A stretch of DNA of 64,000 bases from Iphione sp. A-MEVVRFRX5 (taxonomy: Eukaryota): assembly GCA_976226885.1 (NCBI GenBank), contig OZ320315.1:43710001-43774000 (forward strand). The letters are read 5' to 3'. The number at the start of each line of letters is the position of its first letter. Position 1 is the stretch's first letter. Below are positions 60,394 to 64,000 of this stretch, piece after piece. The notes under the pieces are model-generated. The model did not search any database. It was given only the letters and a program-made list of their open reading frames with translations, and was not told the origin of the DNA. The translations under genes and the position numbers were made by a program.

Positions 60394-63350
60394 CTTCTCT
60401 ACCTCGAAGAAATTGAAGAATGACACAGACCTAGCACCCAATTAGTAATGGCCACGGTTCAGAAGGACAGGATCGAGAAAGTGCCAGCATATCTTTATCA
60501 ACATGGACAGCCATAGGAGGAGGATCCTGAGGCAGGTTTGGAGAATCAGGAAGCATATGGAACATGGCTGGAGAAACTAGGAATGGGGTTGGACAAGGAA
60601 CTAGTTAGAGAACAGAACCAGCCCCAGGCTTCAAGCAATGCAGTCAGAGCCAGCTATAAGGCTCTGAACAGCAAGGTCAAGGACAAAGCAAGAAGGAGGA
60701 GAGCAGCAACCGTCTGCAGAGGGAGCTGGCCCTGCCCCTGCACCTGGACGGGTACAAGGTATTGCTCAGGAGTGTGGTGAGGATTTTGTTTCTGCTTGCT
60801 CTCATGGCAAGGGATCCTATTCCATTCCATAAATCTGAATAATTATGCCAGGAAAATTCCACATATAAATGTCAGAACATCCAGGCATCCTCAATGGGAT
60901 GTCAGGAGGGAGCTAGACTCCTCTAACTCAGAAGGGATGGCAGCAGAATTTGACAAGTTCTTAGCATGGAGAGAAGAGAGATCTCCACACAGATGTATTT
61001 GAGGAATGGGCCATTATCAGCAGCTGGGATGAGGAAACCAGGAAGAGCATACATGTACTGGTATTATTCCTGACAGGAGCAGTCTGACCTTTTTACGGAA
61101 ACTTAATTTCTGTGGAAATCTCTACATACCAGAAGTGTGTGTTGGCACTTCTGTACTAGTTTGGGAGAGGACAGGAGAAAGCCTGAGCAGTCAAGAGCTT
61201 ATCTTGGCTGGACAAGAGACAGACTCCAAAAGAGTTGGCTGATGACGTCTGAAAACTCGTGCACTGAGCTAATCCTGATTTGGACAGGGAAACAAAACGT
61301 TTCGCAGTTGCATGTTTCCAGAGAGCACTAGGAGGTAAGCTGGAACTAAAATGTACGAAGAATGCTGTAAAAACATTAGAACGAGGTGTTCAGATTGTGT
61401 AGATGGGGGAATGTTATGCCCTGCAGGAGAACATCTGCACTTTCCAGACTGAGGACAAGTTATGACCAGAAATGGGTTGCTAGAAATCCTCCCCCACGAA
61501 ACTCGAGTAATAATTATAACCAGGTTGGTAAGGCTCAATCTGGTAACCAATCTAACCAGCAATGTCAGAAGAGGAACTCCTCAAAGAATACATAGTGGAA
61601 TGCGTATTGGAGATTTGTCTGTTGACACTGCGACTCAGAAGAGCACTTTAAAGAGGATTTTCTCTATCTGAAGAATCTTGAAGCAGAAGTGAAAGATGGA
61701 GATAAGCAGGGAAACACCAAGGCACCACTGTCAAGCCCATTGGATAAGTATGGTGGCAGGAACCACATTTTACCTACCTGCAAAGAAACGATGCTAGGTG
61801 GTCGATTGCTTGATAGACATTGAGGCATTAGTGTCCCTCGTAAAAGGGTTCTTAAAAAATCCAGAGACAGTTCAGTGAATTAATTTAATTGGAATAACAG
61901 AAGGAAGTTATTCCTATCTTCAGTCAAGGGGTAGTACATATTCAGACAGATAGTCAGACATATGAAATCCCTTTATCTTTACCAACATTGAAGAAGTTTT
62001 TCTTGGAAACAGCTTTTTTACTGGAGCAAGGGGCTATTGCGAATTACCATAGAAAGGAAGCAGAACTTGGAAAATGAAAACATCGTCATACTCAAGACGG
62101 ACAATAACATAAGTCTAAGTTGAAGAATTGCTCGAATATTTGTTTGGTCTCTACAAGTATTCTAAGAAGGTTTATCACTCGAACGATGGCATGTAGTTAA
62201 GAACTGGTGGTGGAAGCATTGAATGTACTGTAATAATCAAGCATAGCCGAGATGTTGCGGGACATCCTCCAATTAAGCAATGTGTATGCCAACTACCATT
62301 TGGAAAATGTCAAGAAATGCAGAAGTTAATTCAAGACATGCTGAGCACTGGACTCATTAAGGAGTGTCCTTGGGCTAGTCCCATGGTAATAGTTAAGAAG
62401 AAACATGGAAGCACACGTTTCTGTGTGAATTATTTGAAGTTGAACCAAATCACCAGAAAAGATGCATACCCAAATAGATGACTCCCTTGCTGCAGTTCTC
62501 GGAGCTTTGTAGTTTTGCTCATTGGATTTAGCAACGGGATATTGGCAAGTGGAAATGACTGAAGCCGAAAGCAAAGAAATGTGATTTCTTCCTGGAGAAT
62601 ATTATTTTTTGTCAAATAATAATAGAAAAGGGAATTTCAAATCCACAGGAGATACAGGTAGTGTAAGAGTGGAAACCATCAACAGATCTCACTGGAGTAA
62701 GAACTTTCCTAGATATGTCCTCCTACTAGGAAACATATGGCTGGATTTCATCACCAGGTCAGCTGCTCTTTGAAAGCTGACTAAGAAAGATGAAATATTT
62801 GAGTGGGATTTTGAACATTCATCTGGTGAGCGCCATTGGTATACTGATGCTCCATCACATATGATTTCCTACAAACAGTGTAGAGATAAACACCCTGAAG
62901 TGACTGTGAGAGTATTCATTCAGTCTCAGGTAGGAGACTTGTGGGAATGAGACAAAGAAAACAGTTGCAAGATGAAGCTATCATACTGGTTCTTCTTATA
63001 CATGAGAAATAACAGGAACAGCCCGCTTGGTCCCAAATTAGCCACTTACTAGAAGATACCAAGGCATTGTGCAAACAAAGGTAAAGATTATAGATTGAAC
63101 AGGGGATATTATATTGGATTTAGTATGAGTTTGAGGAAGAAAACACTGATTTGCAAGAGATACTTCCTGCGGAAGATAAAGAGCTATTGTCTTACCAGGC
63201 CAGCACAGATCACTTCGGACAGGTGTTGTGAAAGGATCATGCTCATCCAATCAAGTTGATTTACATAGAACACACTGCTTTCACAATTATACAATAACAG
63301 GTATACGGGACTACCAAATCACAAGTTCGGTCCTATGATCCAAGCCTGGG
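60376..63350 (+). mobile_element. Decayed Ty3/Gypsy LTR retrotransposon internal region
   Basis: ...TGACA LTR-type end at 60372 followed by PBS TGGTGGCAGTGGTAGGAT; degenerate protease VDCLIDIEALVSLV (~61800-61841); RT N-terminus GHPPIKQ...PWASPMVIVKKKHGSTRFCVNYLKLNQITRKDAYP...SLDLATGYWQV (62239-62583); many stops and deletions; right boundary approximate. Confidence 0.85.
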
Positions 63351-63440
63351 TTGGCTTCCCATTACCCAGGTAGGAACATCCGAGTTAGTGCTATAACATG
63401 CCCTTGCACAGCCCAGGTGACTACAAGCCAAGACTTTATC

Positions 63441-63684
63441 TCGTAAGGGAGGTAGAGTTCTGGCAAGGGGCCCTGGTTTACAGTACTACATCATTGGTGT
63501 TCGTAAGGGAGGCAGAGTTCTGGCAAGGGGCCCTGGTTTTCAGTACTACATCATTGGTGTTCGTAAGGGAGGCAGAGTTCTGGCAAGGGGCCCTGGTTTT
63601 CAGTACTACATCATTGGTGTTCGTAAGGGAGGCAGAGTTCTGGCAAGGGGCCCTGGTTTTCAGTACTATATCATTGGTGTTCGT
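63441..63684. repeat. 60-bp minisatellite, 4 near-perfect copies
   Basis: Unit tcgtaagggaggcagagttctggcaaggggccctggttttcagtactacatcattggtgt at 63441, 63501, 63561 and 63621. Confidence 0.97.
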
Positions 63685-64000
63685 TGGTATATAAGGCCAT
63701 TGTCTCGATGTTTAGTGTTTGTTACATACACGTATTAATTTTGCTGCCATGATGCTCTTAGTATTGCTACCTGCTGGGAGGTGTACTTCTTTCACATGTA
63801 ACTTATAATTTATACACCTAATGTTTACTAGGCAACTTATATTAATATTTTTGTGACAGTCCAACCCCCTCAAATGTGACCTGCTCTGCAGGCTCTTCAT
63901 AGGATAAATAGTTGTCAAATGCAGCTTTCCGATGTACTTTACCGTGTACCTTTGATCAGATGTAAATATAAGTCCCCATCCTGTTTTAATTACATACTTT

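Noticed and set aside
63441-63684. CRISPR-like array (also considered 10119-10295)
   Set aside because: Units are contiguous with no unique spacers, there are no cas genes, and the context is eukaryotic

Overview
Eukaryotic (animal) genomic DNA, probably an invertebrate deuterostome such as amphioxus; this is inferred from Deu-domain SINEs and TACATG enrichment. Two host genes lie on the minus strand. (1) A receptor tyrosine kinase (RTK) of at least 15 exons (54500 to 33804, about 674 codons assembled by hand with consistent GT-AG phases): signal peptide, Cys-rich segment, two FN3 repeats, TM helix, NPxY juxtamembrane microexon and a kinase domain carrying an unusual polyproline insert. Its last kinase exon could not be found. 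(2) An intronless diaminopimelate-epimerase (DapF)-like ORF (57116-58018) resembling Bacteroidota DapF. It keeps both catalytic cysteines but has replaced the residues that bind the distal end of DAP, and it sits just behind a splice acceptor. It is the most interesting object here: a probable horizontally acquired, domesticated racemase/epimerase with a new substrate. A near-complete Ngaro-type tyrosine-recombinase retrotransposon with split direct repeats (46449-50814) sits antisense in an RTK intron. A decayed Gypsy element occupies 60.4-63.3 kb. The rest is SINEs, MITEs, LINE fragments and minisatellites. I found no convincing host gene in 1-33 kb. All analysis was by eye; no database searches were run.
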